A DNA stretch of 64,000 nucleotides from Octopus vulgaris (Eukaryota). The stretch is taken from NCBI GenBank assembly GCA_951406725.2, contig OX597817.1:57288001-57352000 (forward strand), written 5' to 3'. The position numbers were made by a program, and so were the translations under genes. This document shows, piece by piece, positions 13,030 to 26,010 of this stretch. Under the pieces are notes generated by a model. The model was not told the origin of the DNA. It worked only from the letters and a program-made list of their open reading frames with translations, and did no database searches. How positions within the stretch are numbered: the first letter of the stretch is position 1; every line of letters starts with the position of its first letter.

Positions 13030-14055
13030 TCACCCATATTGTAAACCAGGTAGTTCACGAAGGAGTCAGAGAGAAATAACTACAGGGTTTCAAATTGCAG
13101 GATCAGGTGATGGTCACAGAGAGGGTCATAGCCCAATTAATTAGGGAGTGAGTCTGTTTAGATGAGATGCAGTTCGGTTTTGTGCCAAGTAGAAGCACCA
13201 CTGGTGCTATATTCCTGGTACAGCAACTCCAGGAGAAATACCTAACCAAAGATAAACCCATATACTTGGATTTTATTGATTTGGAGAAAGCCTTTGACAG
13301 GGTCCCCTAATCCCTTATCTGGTGGGTGATGCAGAAACTGGGGATTGACAAGTGGTTAATAAGAGCTGTACAGGGATGCCATTAGTAAGGTAAGGGTCGG
13401 CAATGAATATAGCGAATAATTCTGGGTAGAAGTAGGGGTTCACCAAGGATCAGCCCTCAGCCCACTCTTATTCATCATAGTCTTCCAGGCAATAACAAGA
13501 ATTCAAGACAGGTTGCCCCTGGGAGCTCCTCTATGCTGATGACCTTGCTCTCATAGCAGAATTACTATCAGAACTAGAGAAGAAATTTTAGGTATTTAAG
13601 CAAGGTTTAGAATTGAAGGGCCTTAGAGTCAATGTTGCAAAAACCAAAGTCCTAGGAAGTAGGAAGGCCAACACATCACAAACCCCTTCAGGTAGATGGT
13701 CCTGCTCAATCTGTAGAAAAGGTGTAAGTAGAAACTCCATAATATGTACCAAGTGTAAACTATGGATGCATAAGAGGTGCAGCAACATCAAAGGAAAGTT
13801 AACCAGGAAGATAGCTTTTGTGTGCAGCAGATGCACAGGGGCAATAAACACCGCAGATGCTCAGTAAACTGATTCCATCACATGGCAGGAGGAGAAACTA
13901 GTAGTTGATAGCTTCCGCTGTCTAGGTGACCAAGTTTGTAGTGGGGGTGGATGCTTGGAGAGCGTTGCCACTAGAATAAGAATAGCCTGGGTAAAGCTCA
14001 AAAAGCTTCTACCTCTACTGGTGACAAAAGGCCTCTCACTCAGAGGGAAAGGTTG
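13030..14055 (+). mobile_element. Degenerate RTE-clade LINE reverse transcriptase fragment
   Basis: Translates to QFGFVPSRSTT, FIDLEKAFDRVP, VGVHQGSALSPLLFIIV, ELLYADDL and GLRVNVAKTKV, then a Cys-rich insert (CSICRKGVSRNSIICTKCKLWMHKRCS). Contains stops and frameshifts. Confidence 0.9.
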
Positions 14056-14956
14056 TGAGATTTAAAAATAGTAATTTTCTAACTTGAAAGAAAAGTCTCA
14101 GAAATATGGTATCTAAGAACAACAACTGTATCTGTGATCTTTAGACTTTTGGGAAGAATATCAAATGGCACTCTTAAATACCATGGCCAAATAGTAAGAA
14201 ACCCCAAAATATCAGAATGATAAGAAATTGTTTTCATGGGTATTGACCACATTCCTAAGAAAGACACTGTCAATCTGAGAATATTCGAATCTTAAAATCT
14301 TTCAAAATCACAAATTTAGCAAGGTTTTTAGCAAAATCTTAATTTTCGGTATTCCATCTCCTTTCCCAGAAATATATCAGTGCTAATCATAGATAATGGC
14401 GGTGCCCCAGCATGTCCACAGCTCGTAAGCTGAAACTAGATAAAATTTTTTAAAAAATGTCCACAGTAAAACATCCAACTGACCATTGTTACTTGAAGTC
14501 TTTTGGTGAGCAACAATAATCCTTTCTATTATAGGCACAAGGCCTGAAATTTTGGAGGGGAGGGTGATTTGATTACGTCAACGCCTGTGCTCAAATATTC
14601 CTGAAAGGATTATAGGCAAAGTTGATCTTGGTAGGAATTTGTAGATGGATAAAGTGCCACTAAGCATTTTACCTGGCATGTTAACGATTCTACCAACTTG
14701 CCACTTTACTAATATTTATAATTTTTTAAATGTAGGTACAAAGCCTGAAATTTAATGAAAGTTAATTAATTGACCCTGTTATTTTACTGGTATTTTATTT
14801 TATCAACCGTTGAAGGATAAATGCAAAGTTGACTGGACAGGACTTCATCTCAGAATTTAAAGAGCTGGAAATATAATAATAATGATGATGATTAAGATTT
14901 TTTGTTTTTTTTGCCGTTATGCTAATCTAATAACTTTGAAAACCATTGTCTTTCAG

Positions 14957-15139
14957 GTTTGAAACCATCAGTTCCAGTTGGCCGAGGAAGAGGAACTTCA
15001 GGTTGTAAAGAGAATGTGACGAAATTAGGGAAACCTGGTGCCTCTCAGACTGCAACAAAGCCAGGAAATGCCTCTGCTGTAGAATCAGACAAATTATCTG
15101 TGTCTGTTGATAAAACCTGGTTACAGGATGTGAATCAAA
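14957..15139 (+). CDS. Internal exon of the + strand gene (PYM1/eIF2A-like C-terminal coiled-coil protein)
   Basis: Acceptor TCTTTCAG, open frame LKPSVPVGRGRG...WLQDVNQ, and a GTAATT donor in phase 1 matching the next exon. Confidence 0.75.
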
Positions 15140-17208
15140 GTAATTTCATTTTTGATATTTTCATCAACTGCTGAAATAAAGTAACTTTTGTCGGCCAACC
15201 CCCAGTTTCTGATCTTATTCATCTGTTATTGCTGCTGCTACTACTGCTGCTGCTACTACTGCTGCTGCTAGTTTTTGTTTTCATTGAAAATCTCAAAAGT
15301 AGAAGGAACCCAAGTTACCATTTTCTTTCTCTTCCTTTTATTTTATTATTAATACCTATTTCTTTATTGCCCACAAGGGGCTAAACGCAGAGGGGACAAA
15401 CAAGGACAAAGGGATTAAGTCGTTTATATCGACCCCAGTGCGTAACTGGTACTTATTTAATCGACCCCAAAAGGATGAAAGGCAAAGTCGACCTCGGCGG
15501 AATTTGAACTCAGAATGTAACGGCAGACGAAATACCGCTTAGCATTTTGCCCGGCGTGCTAACAATTCTGCCAGTTCGCAGCCTTTTATTATTAATACCT
15601 GATGGTATTTGATTGAGTTGAGAGTCTACAGAATGAGACCAAGGAGTTTAGTCTGTCCTCGTGTAACATACTGAGCTGATTGCTTTTCTGCATCAGGACT
15701 GTAGATGTGGTAGTAATCTGTTCCATGTGGAAACGGACAAAGAACTCGGTTGCCATGTGTTGTGGAAAGTTGACAGGAGAGTGTAACGCTTGTGGAAACG
15801 ACTGAATGGGGATTGTCATACATGTGTGATGACTGACTGAAGGTTGTCATGCTTATTAAGCACTGTCACATGCACATGTGGAGATCTGTTGCTGGCACAT
15901 GTATGGCGGCTGCTATAGGACTTAAGCAAATGAGGATAGAATTTACCAATTTTATAATTGATTGGAATTTTATCTTAGTTGATTGATCTTTCTGTGTACA
16001 AGCAAGGTAAGTGGTTAGGGTGGGATTAGATTGCTGTGTCTGTCTGTCCTCATGTGTGACACACTGACACACTTGTGACTCCACCATAGTGACAAATACG
16101 CTAAATTGACTGTTGTTGTATCACTTCACATTGCTGAAATATCGCCACAAGTGAATTAGTTGAGGTTTGTGGTTCAAAAGAGCAGAAATGAAAATAATAA
16201 AGTGTGATGATGGGCAATGGAGGTTTTCAGTAATGATACAATAAGGGCCTGTGAGATTGCAGTGGGGTGACTGAAGGCTTTCAGTAATGACACAGTGGGG
16301 TAGTAAAACCTTTCGGTGATCTCAAAACACATCAGAGAAGTAAGCTAGCATCTTCTACATGGAGGAAATTATCTCATTTGTAAAGTTGTTGATCCTTGAC
16401 TGGCATAAGTTTTGGTATTGAGAAACTCGAGGCTGGCACCGATCTTTCTGTTAACTACAGTTCGATCTTTGGTGGTTGCTGTTTATGCAAATGAGACTTA
16501 TCAAGATACATTGTTTATTAAATGTTGTCATGGTGATTAAATCTGGAATGGGCATGAAGTAAGATGTTTGGAGAGAAAAATATAGTTGTGATGTTCATCC
16601 ATTTTTTTCTTTCTGATGAAATCAGCAATGTGAGTGAAAAGGAATTTTTCCAACTGCATTATAACACCATTATAATCATCATTGATATCTCTTGCTGCCA
16701 AGAATTGAATTGTATGGTTCTGGAAAAGCAGCACCTTTTGGCTGGTGATGCATCCTACAAAACTTCCAATTTATCACCAGTTCCCTTCCATACATAACCC
16801 CTTTGGTCCCTGGTCTTCCCATCATATTGTGACCAAAGCTTCATCCTTTGACTTAGCATCATGATCTTCCTAGATTAAATCCTTCACAAGGAAGGCCCAC
16901 TCTGCCGATTTGGACAAAATTAGAAGGTCAGTCTTTGATAAGAATTGTAATTTACCTGAGTTCTCAATGACAATTTTCCCAACAGTGCTTCATCGACAGA
17001 CACTTTGTTAAGCTGTTCCCAATAGAATTGGTATCTGGCACTCTGATGTAGCAGAATGCTCCTCTCACTCTTGCTATAACTTTGTACTACAAGACAAAGG
17101 TGATATGGATCTGATCAGTCTATCAATGACCACCTAACACAATTCACACTGAAGTTCATTTATTTTGTTCTATCATTAGGGTACCCATTATATATATATA
17201 TATTTATT

Positions 17209-17443
17209 TATTGGGTTGGTGCATTATTATTGTGGCTTTTTTTTCAACAAAAGCAATAACAATATTTAACAAAAACATCTTTAAATGGCGGTCTTGACCG
17301 TCTGCCAATCAAATGGGAAGTAGTAATTGAAGTAGATGGTGAATATGCTCCAGAATAATTGTTTAAAGATGTTTTTGTTAAATGTTGTTATTGCTTTTGT
17401 TGAATAATGGAAAAAACCGCAATAAATTTGCACCAACCCAATA
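17209..17443 (+). mobile_element. Complete mariner-derived MITE
   Basis: TIRs TTGGGTTGGTGCA...TGCACCAACCCAA flanked by TA. The interior encodes LPIKWEVVIEVDGEYAPE* (transposase C-terminus). Confidence 0.85.
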
Positions 17444-17485
17444 TATATAATATATTCTTACATATATTTATTACAGACATGCATG

Positions 17486-17528
<43 letters not shown>

Positions 17529-17773
17529 CATACACACACACATTACAGGCATACATGTGCATGTATAATCTCTTTCTCTCTCTACATATATATACACACA
17601 TACACACACACACACATATAATCATACCTGCCATTGTTATCTATTTATGTATGAGTTTTGAAAGTTGTATGGGAATATATTTAAGAAGTGGATTGTCTTC
17701 AGAATATCTCTGCAATTTGCTGGTTGTCACTTATTTTAATGACAATTTTTCACTTTGTTTCCATTTCCTTCAG

Positions 17774-17850
17774 ATTGTAAGAAAAAGAAGACCAAGACCA
17801 AGAATGCCTGTGCCAAAACTGTGATTAAAGAGGAACCACCAACTCCTGTG
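17774..17850 (+). CDS. Internal exon of the + strand gene
   Basis: TTTCCTTCAG acceptor, CKKKKTKTKNACAKTVIKEEPPTPV, GTGAGA donor; phases 1/0 are consistent with the neighbouring exons. Confidence 0.8.
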
Positions 17851-18944
17851 GTGAGATTTCATTTTCTCTTTCTATCTAAGCTTCATGCTATGTGGCAAAG
17901 TCAAGATCAGTCCTGCTGCTTTTGCCTCACACAGCATATAAAAGCATGCCGTTTGAGTCATTGGCAAAGATTTACCGAGTTGCAAACACACTCCAGCCTC
18001 TAGACTATACATGTGCTGTCACCTCGCATTTCCACTTGTATTACTTCTGTTGCAACAGGCTCTGCTCTTCACAACTTGTTTGTCGCATACCACTGCCATC
18101 CAAACTCTGCAATAACCATTTAAACACAGTTGCCCATCCTCAAGATGTCAGACTCATGATCTTTTTATACAACAGGTGTTAAGTTGCAGCTGACTAAAAC
18201 TGAGCATCAGCTGCAAGTCTGATCAGTCTGAGAGGGTCTGCAAAGGTCATGGGTGCGAGCTTATTATTTTAAAAGACATCTTGCAAGGTTCTTGGTGACC
18301 CTGTCAGTGCAGGTGCCACTTACAAAGCATCCAATTCACACTGTAAAATGGTTGGCATTTGGAAGGGCATCCAGCTGTAAAAACCTTGCCAAAACTGCCC
18401 TTGTTTGTGCTTGTGCCATGTAAAAAACACTAAGTCCACACTGCTGGGTGGTTGGTGTTAGGAAGGGCATCCAGCTGTAAAAATCCTGCCAAAACAGTTG
18501 CAGAATTCTGATGCAGATTTCTGTTTGGTTGGCTTCTGTCAAAATGTCCCACCCATACAGCCATGGAAGGTGGACGTTAAATGATGATGGTGATAAATGC
18601 TGCTCTTTCTCTTGTTTGACTGCACAGAAAAAGAACAGCAAACATGGTTGTTGCAGATCCCCTGTGTCTGGTGGCAGAGAGAGGGAGAGAAAAACCAAAA
18701 CTCAAGTTATTTTTGTTATTCCCAGATCAGTCACTTCCATAAAAGTCAACCAAGGGCCAGGTAGGAGATATTAGCTCTGCCACCCAAGATCAGATACAGT
18801 CTCTTTGATGAGCTTTCACAGAGTTTCCATCTCCCAATTTGACTCACAAGGTTTGGGTCTGCCTGAGGCTCGAGTAGAAAGCATTTACGTAAGGTGCTGT
18901 GCAAAAAGAATGAACCTGTAATATCATAATTGCAAAGCAAACTC

Positions 18945-19489
18945 CTTAACCATTTTTGATAACAATCCATCTGAAACTACCCATGATTTTAGGATACTAA
19001 TTCCTTGTTTTATAATTATCTTAATTAAAACCTTCCATCAGAATTTTGTCTTTTTCTCTCTTTTTCTTATCTTTTATTTGCTGTTCAAACAACGACCTCT
19101 GACCCAATTCAACTTCTGTTTTCACTGTTTTCATCTTACTAAAAGTTTGGTTATTGCTGAGTTTTGAACCTGGTTCCTTCAACCTCACATCATGTTTTCT
19201 TTCTGATCCACCTCCACCATGTTGGGTGGTAACAGTTTCCCAGTTGTTGGGAGATCTGCAAAATCTTTCAAATTTGGACTACATCAATATTGATAGATTT
19301 TCGACAGTTGTGGACAAATTACCAGGGCCCTCTGTTAGTCAGGGATGACCATGTCTCTATGTGTCTGAAGCTTATGTTCCAAGCGCCGGATTAATGATGA
19401 CAGTTATTTTACTAAATTCTTCATTAGTTTCAAAATTAATTCAACAAAGGCCGTGTATTTCTGTAGATGTTTGGTAACAAAAGGGTTAA
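18945..19489. mobile_element. TTAA-flanked MITE-like element carrying an internal insertion
   Basis: Imperfect inverted termini TTAACCATTTTTGATAAC...GTAACAAAAGGGTTAA (piggyBac-like ends). Confidence 0.4.
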
Positions 19490-19997
19490 CCATGTCCATA
19501 TCAATAAATGATATGTAAACACACATATCCTCTAGGAAATAACTTGAACAACAACAAGATGAAGATATTTTCATAAAAAATAGATTTAAAATGGATTAAG
19601 AGTAACAGGAAAAAATTGTTTATATTTTAATCTTTAAAGATGGCAAACCTTAATGTTTATGTTAGTTTGATCTTCAGAGGTTTTTTTACAGCTAGATATG
19701 TATGTTGTACATGTAACCTTGACTGAATCACTGATTCATTCATCACTGATTCATTTATCACTGATTCGCTTATCACTGATCTGGGTTAACACTGTACATT
19801 CAATTGTCAACCATTTTATGCTTATCACAGGTTTGTCTGTGATAATGTCGGTCAGTGATCAGTCAAAGGTTCTGTTTGTGTCACAAAAACGTGCCCCAGA
19901 AACCATTCACAATGCTCAGTTACCCAGAATGCACTGACTATTTTTTGCAATAACATGGTCGTGCTTCAAGGCTGCATATATATTGTATGGATTTATG

Positions 19998-20414
19998 TAT
20001 GAGGGTGAGGCAAAAAGTAATGCCATTTTGTTTAGGACAGGTATAATTACCAACCAACACAGGAACATGTATCATACATCAAGATGGAGCTGGTCCTCTG
20101 TGGATCACATCCCTACTTCTCAACATAGTCACTGTTTCTCTCAATAGCAATGTTCCCCCTTCAAATGAGAGCATGCATCCCTGCCCTGTAAAATTCGGTT
20201 GACTGTTCTTTGAGCCACTTCTTCACTACAGTTTCCACTTCCTTGTCAATGGAATAATGTTTGCCTCTCAAACCCTCTTTCATGGGGCTGAAGAGATGAT
20301 AGTCCAGTGATGAGGAAGTGAAAACTGTAGTAAAGAAGTGGCTCAAAGAGAATTTTACGGGGAAGGGATACATGCTCTCATTCAAAAGTGGAACATTGCT
20401 ATTGAGAGAAACAG
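19998..20414 (-). mobile_element. Mariner transposase 3' remnant with fold-back duplication
   Basis: DYHLFSPMKEGLRGKHYS..EVETVVKKWLKEQSTEFYRAGMHALI matches the mariner region after YSPDL. A TIR-like TATGAGGGTGAGGCAAAAAGTAATG starts at 19998. Confidence 0.8.
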
Positions 20415-21506
20415 CATGGACATTTATAAGTTCAAATAGAGGTTACCAACTTCATTGAGTGATAGCAAAATCCTATGAAAGTACTGGTTAGTTGCCTGTA
20501 CAAAGAATGTTGAACATCACAAACAAAAATTAAAGATTGTTTGCCAACATAACATGGCAGTCCTGGTTTAGGACGAATGTTGCAGTATTTTAGCCCCAGG
20601 AGACATCGTCTCCAGCTGGCTATATGATATGATCTGTGTCCTTATATTTTCAAACAAATAATATTCAACTGTAAGGTAACTATATAAACCATGGTTTATA
20701 TATATCTATTTAACTAAGAAAATAGAGAAACAATTAATAAATTATTATTTATCAATTAAAAAAATAAGTTATATAGATGTTGTCAAATATTTTAAATTCT
20801 TTTTTTCTTTTACTTGTTTCAGTCATTTGACTGTGGCCATGCTGGAGCACTGCCTTTAGTCGAGCAGATTGACCCTAGAGCTTATTCTTTGTAAGCCTAG
20901 TACTTATTCTATTGGTCTCTTTTGCCAAACCCCTAAGTTACAGGGACGTAAACACACCAGCATCAGTTGTCAAGCGATGTTGGGTGGGACAAACACAGAC
21001 ACACAAACATACACACACTCATATACGACGGGCTTCTTCCAGTTTCCGTCTACCAAATCCACTCACAAGACTTTGGTTGACCCGAGGCTATAGTAGAAGA
21101 CACTTGCCCAAGGTGCCACGCAGTGGGACTGAACCCGGGACCATGTGGTTGGTAAGCAAGCTACTTACGTCTCTCTATTTTCTTATATATATATATATTT
21201 CTTTACTACCCACAAGGGGCTAAACACAGAGAGGACAAACAAGGACAGACAAAGGGATTAAGTCGATTACATCGACCCCAGTGCGTAACTGGTACTTAAT
21301 TTATCGACCCCGAAAGGATGAAAGGCAAAGTCGACCTCGGCGGAATTTGAACTTGGAACATAACGACGGACAAAATACGGCTACGCATTTCACCCGGTGT
21401 GCTAACGATTCTGCCAGCACACTATATATATATAGTGTGCTTGTGAATATGTGTTTGTAGTAGTAATTTGATATTTCTAACTCTTTAATCTTTTCCCCAA
21501 AACCAG

Positions 21507-21614
21507 TCAACTGAAGATGAAGCCAAAACGATTCGTCGTCTTCGAAAGAAACTTCGTCAGATTAGTTTATTGGAAGAACAAAAGTCTGCTGGATTGTCAC
21601 TTGATAAAGACCAG
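21507..21614 (+). CDS. Exon of the + strand gene encoding the start of the C-terminal coiled coil
   Basis: CAG acceptor, 108 nt, STEDEAKTIRRLRKKLRQISLLEEQKSAGLSLDKDQ, GTAGGT donor. The KKLRQI motif resembles the PYM1 and eIF2A C-termini. Confidence 0.85.
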
Positions 21615-22403
21615 GTAGGTTACTTCCATCTCACCTTTTGGTTTTAATATAAGACATTATGCCCCTCTGTGTGTGCTCACTCAGTCTGCTAGAATTAGCA
21701 AACAAAACCCCTTTAAATCATACAGGTATGTCTTCTTATTGGAACATCTTTTTTTGTGGTTGTCTTTTGAAAACCCAGTTTGTATTTATCAATACATCAA
21801 TATAGACTATCAATTGGCTGTCAGTAATGGTATATGGTACCTGCTTACAGCTAGGTGGACTGTGCATATGTCCTGGTATGACCTTCTTTGATTATTTTAT
21901 CCCCGTCCCTCATCTTTGTCTATATGTTATGCTAACCCCTAACATCTAGTTCTACCTGTGACACCAGCCCCTTCAATTTGTTTTGCTACACAGAATTGGC
22001 TTTTTTCTGGCCCCTCAGTAGAGGAATCAGTCTGAATTTATACCTTTTGCTACCCCCCCTCGACTGTGTATGTATATATATATATATGCATATGAGGGGA
22101 AGTCAAAAATTATCCGCACTTTCACCATAACGTACCTTTATTATTGTCACTCTGCCTTCTGCGCATTCATGCTTTTAGTTGGTACTATTGTGGTCATGTG
22201 ACTGAAGTTTGAGCCTGATCATGCCATCTTTCTTTCTGGCTTGTTACTCTCTGTGTCACACTGAATCTCCCCGAGAACTACGTTAATTGTACATGTGTCT
22301 GTGGAGTGCTCAGCCACTTGCACGTTAATTTCATGAGCAGGCTGTTCCGTTGATCGCATCAGCTAGGACCCTCGTCATCGTAACCGACGAAGTGCCACGA
22401 CGA

Positions 22404-22442
<39 letters not shown>

Positions 22443-23399
22443 ATATGTATATATTTGTGCCTACATTGTGAAGAATGTAAATTTGGTTTCCTGTTATTCT
22501 ACAACTCAATCAAGCAATATGAAAAGATAGCAACAGATATCTTTGTTCTGTTTTTTTTCTTTTGTTTTTTTTTTTTTATTGAGCTTTTCCTAAATCTTTT
22601 ACACATGAAATATTTCTTGTTATTGTAAGAAATTTTATTTCAGCCTTACTTTCTATCGTACACTTCATGTAAGTTGACTTTGAATTGTTTTGCTGTTAAT
22701 TTTTTTGGTTTGAATTTGTTCTGAAAAATCATGTTTAATTCAGTCATTAATTAACAGGTGTTTTCTGTTAATTCTTTATATTTTTTTGGCATTCTTTCAT
22801 TTTACTGTATATCATCATCACCATCATTCATCATTCACTTCCCTATGCTTGCATGGGTCAGATGGAATTTATTGAGGCAGATTTTCTATGGGTCACCAAC
22901 CATCACCTGTTGCCAAAGTAGACATGTTTTTTTTTTTACAGAAGATTGGAAAGAAACAACTTCACTTGTATAACGATCACACTCATTTACATCCCTCATG
23001 TGATGTCTAGATAAAGCTACACACACGCCGCACACACCCAACAGATTTCCTCATAGCTTCCTTCTAGAAAACCCCACTCACAAGGCTTTGGCTGGCCTGG
23101 AGTGATAATAGAAGACACTTGCCCAAGGTGTTACACAGTGGGACTGAACCTACATAGCTAGGAAGCAAGCTTCTCAACTACACAATCATGCACACACATA
23201 TCTACGAGCATAACCCCCCACCCCACCCCACCCCCGTCCAGTGGACGGTGCTGAATCATATCTGCTGAATAAAAAGCAATCAGTGTTTTCTTTTCATTAA
23301 AAAAATATTTAACCATGCCTTTATTTCAATAAAATTTTTGGTTTTGTTAAACAAAGTTAAGGCAAAAAAAAAAAAACTTGAGAAACCAAATAGTTTTTC

Positions 23400-23767
23400 C
23401 TTCCTTCATGCCAAGTTTGAAGAAAATATCTCTTTTGCATCTTACTTTTTTGGTCTCTTAAATATACTGCATTTTGTGGCATTATTTCAAGCCAGTTGGC
23501 TTTTGTTGTGCAAACTGCACGTGCATTTTTCTCACATATGCATAGTATTGATCGCAACAGCTAATGTACTTGCGCATACAAATGCACGTTCCCATGGCTT
23601 TATCGATCGCATTCATACCTGGAATCGATTTTCGTAATTTTTTCAAGACTTATACATGCCCTGATACCGTTGGTATCTACATATCAAATTTGAGTGCAAT
23701 CGGATGGAGGATGCCCAAGATCCGAGAAGACACACACGCAGACAGAACGGATTTTATATAATAGATT
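23400..23767 (+). mobile_element. Helitron/Helentron-associated (DINE-like) non-autonomous remnant
   Basis: CATGCCAAGTTTGAAG and CAAATTTGAGTGCAATCGG motifs, a (CAGA)n tract and a TTTTATATAATAGAT end. A similar end occurs at about 28830-28886. Confidence 0.45.
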
Positions 23768-24069
23768 TTCAATTTAGTCATGCGTCTGTGCTCTGCCCCG
23801 AGTGATATTGATAGTAGCAAATTTCTGGTTTCATCAATTTTAGAGAAACCTGTCCGGCTCTGAGGCTTTAATATTTGGTTTCATGTCTTTGTAATATGTA
23901 TATCAAAGTTCTTAGTTTAGTTAGTTAGATTTAATTACAATCTATTTATACTATAAACTAGGTGAGATCTTTGGAATTACTTATTGAGTACTGCCTTGGT
24001 ACTTTACTTATACCTTGTGTCTTGAGAAATATTTCCATCTTAATTATGCATGTGTGTGTGTGTGTGTAT

Positions 24070-24470
24070 CATGATCATTTAATGTCTGTTGCCCATGCTG
24101 GCATGGGTTGGATGGTTTGACCAGGGCTGGTAAGCTGGAAGGTTGCACCAAACTCCAGTCTGATTTGGTATGGTTTTCTATGGCTGGATGCCCTTCCTAA
24201 TGCCAGCCACTCCGAGAGTGTAATGGGTGCTTTTACATGCCACCGACATGGGTGCCATTTAGGTGACACCAATACCTGCCACGACTGCAACTTTGTTCAG
24301 CTTGATGGATCTTCTGAAGCACAACAGAATGCCAAAGGTCTTGGTCATTGCCTCTGGAGGCCTAGCACTTGAAATGAACTCAGCCACTTCGCTTCTGTGA
24401 GGCCCAACACTTGAAAGGAGCTCGCCTCTGTGAGGCCAAATGCTCAAAAGGAACTTGGCCACTTTACTTC
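24070..24470 (-). mobile_element. SINE family C ((CAT)n end; CTGGATGCCCTTCCTAATGCCAACC core)
   Basis: The same core recurs at about 11110, 18300, 25020, 27545, 28290, 29150, 29610, 30880, 36170, 57600 and 61830. Confidence 0.8.
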
Positions 24471-25859
24471 CATGTATATGTGTGTGTGTATAAATACGTA
24501 ATGTGAAGAAATAAAAGACCTGGTAATTCAATCTGCAAACGTGACTCCGATTAGAGATGGATTTAAAGAACAATTGTACATGAGAGATTAAAAATATATA
24601 AATACACAGGCATTTGTTTTTAATCTATAAGTAAATAAATATATTAAAAATATATACATGCAATAGATTTTTAAAAAAACCTCCAGATACAGATATGAAA
24701 ACATTAAAACTTGCGTGTATTGGTAAAAATATTGGAAAAAGTCTGAAGTGGTGATGCAAATGAACTAAAAGATACAATGAGGAACAAAGTTAAATTTTGG
24801 AATATTTAAAGTTAGTTAAAATCAATCATGTTCGTGGATTGAATTACCAGGTCTTTTGTTTCTTCACATTACATATTTATATCTTTTGTCTGAAGTTACT
24901 CTTGAGCACTTCTAAGTCCAAACCTCTATATTGTGAGAGAATTTCTAGTCAATCTTCTTAAAACAATTATATATGCAGAGACTATATATATATATATATA
25001 GCCTTTGCATATATATGTATGTCATCATTTAATGTCCATGCTCCATGCTGGCATGAGCTGGATTATTTGACAAGGATCCGATGGGTCCAGGGGTCTGCAT
25101 TGTACTTCAATGTCTGCTTTGGCATGGTTTCCGTGACTGGATTCTCTTCCCAACATCAACTACTTTACAGTTAATTGGGTGCTGTTTTTCATGCCGCTGG
25201 CACTTGAGAGATACACGGAACGTGTATGCAGTTCACAAACATACAAGAGCCAAGGAGGTGTGTGGTGGATGCATTTATCTATGAATTATGTGTATGTGTG
25301 TAAATGTTATTAGATTCAATGTAGTGAGCATTAAAAATTTAATCAAAATTCATTAGGAAATGAGGGAAAGACAAGTGGTTAATAATAAATATAGTTTTTA
25401 TTCATTTTGGCTCATAGAATTAACTTGCAGGAAGAGCCACCATCCGCCTGTAAAAAAAATATATCTAATGACAAGTTGCATATGACACTCAACTAAATGA
25501 ATTACAGTGTAAAATTACTGTATCTAATCTAAGTAATTTGCACCACATCTTTAGTTAAAACTAAGTATAAAATAGTTTGACTTACAAGTAAATATTGTGT
25601 GTGTGTGTGTTTATATATAAAGCTGTTAATCCATCAGATTACTTAAAAGTTTCATGATATCAAGTTCCAAACTGAATATCAATCTTCCAACTCTTGGATG
25701 AAATCATGTGACTAATGTGGTCACTGAGTACAGGCAGGAAGTTCTTTCACTTTCTTTGGTATAAACATAACCTTAAAGTAAGATTTACCTGTACTGCTAA
25801 ATTATTCTACATCAACAGAGGCTGATTGTTCAGGTAGAAACACTAGCATATACTCACTG

Positions 25860-26010
25860 AATGTGTTCTGCAATGCAGAGGCTATAATAGACAAAGCAGA
25901 TGTTAATTCAATAAATTTGAAAATAACCATTCGAAAACACTATATTGGCATGACTGAGAGAAGTTTGAAGTAAAGATTTTACTGTCATACTTTTTCATTC
26001 AGAAACATTT
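25860..26010 (+). mobile_element. Penelope GIY-YIG endonuclease remnant
   Basis: Translates to CNAEAIIDKADV...KHYIGMTERSLK*RFYCHTFSFRN (YIG-x-T-x-R motif). Confidence 0.6.

Noticed and set aside
15600-17150. Possible decayed hAT transposase (IQFLAARDI, DQIHITFVL)
   Set aside because: The motifs are weak and appear in the wrong order; cannot be supported without a search.
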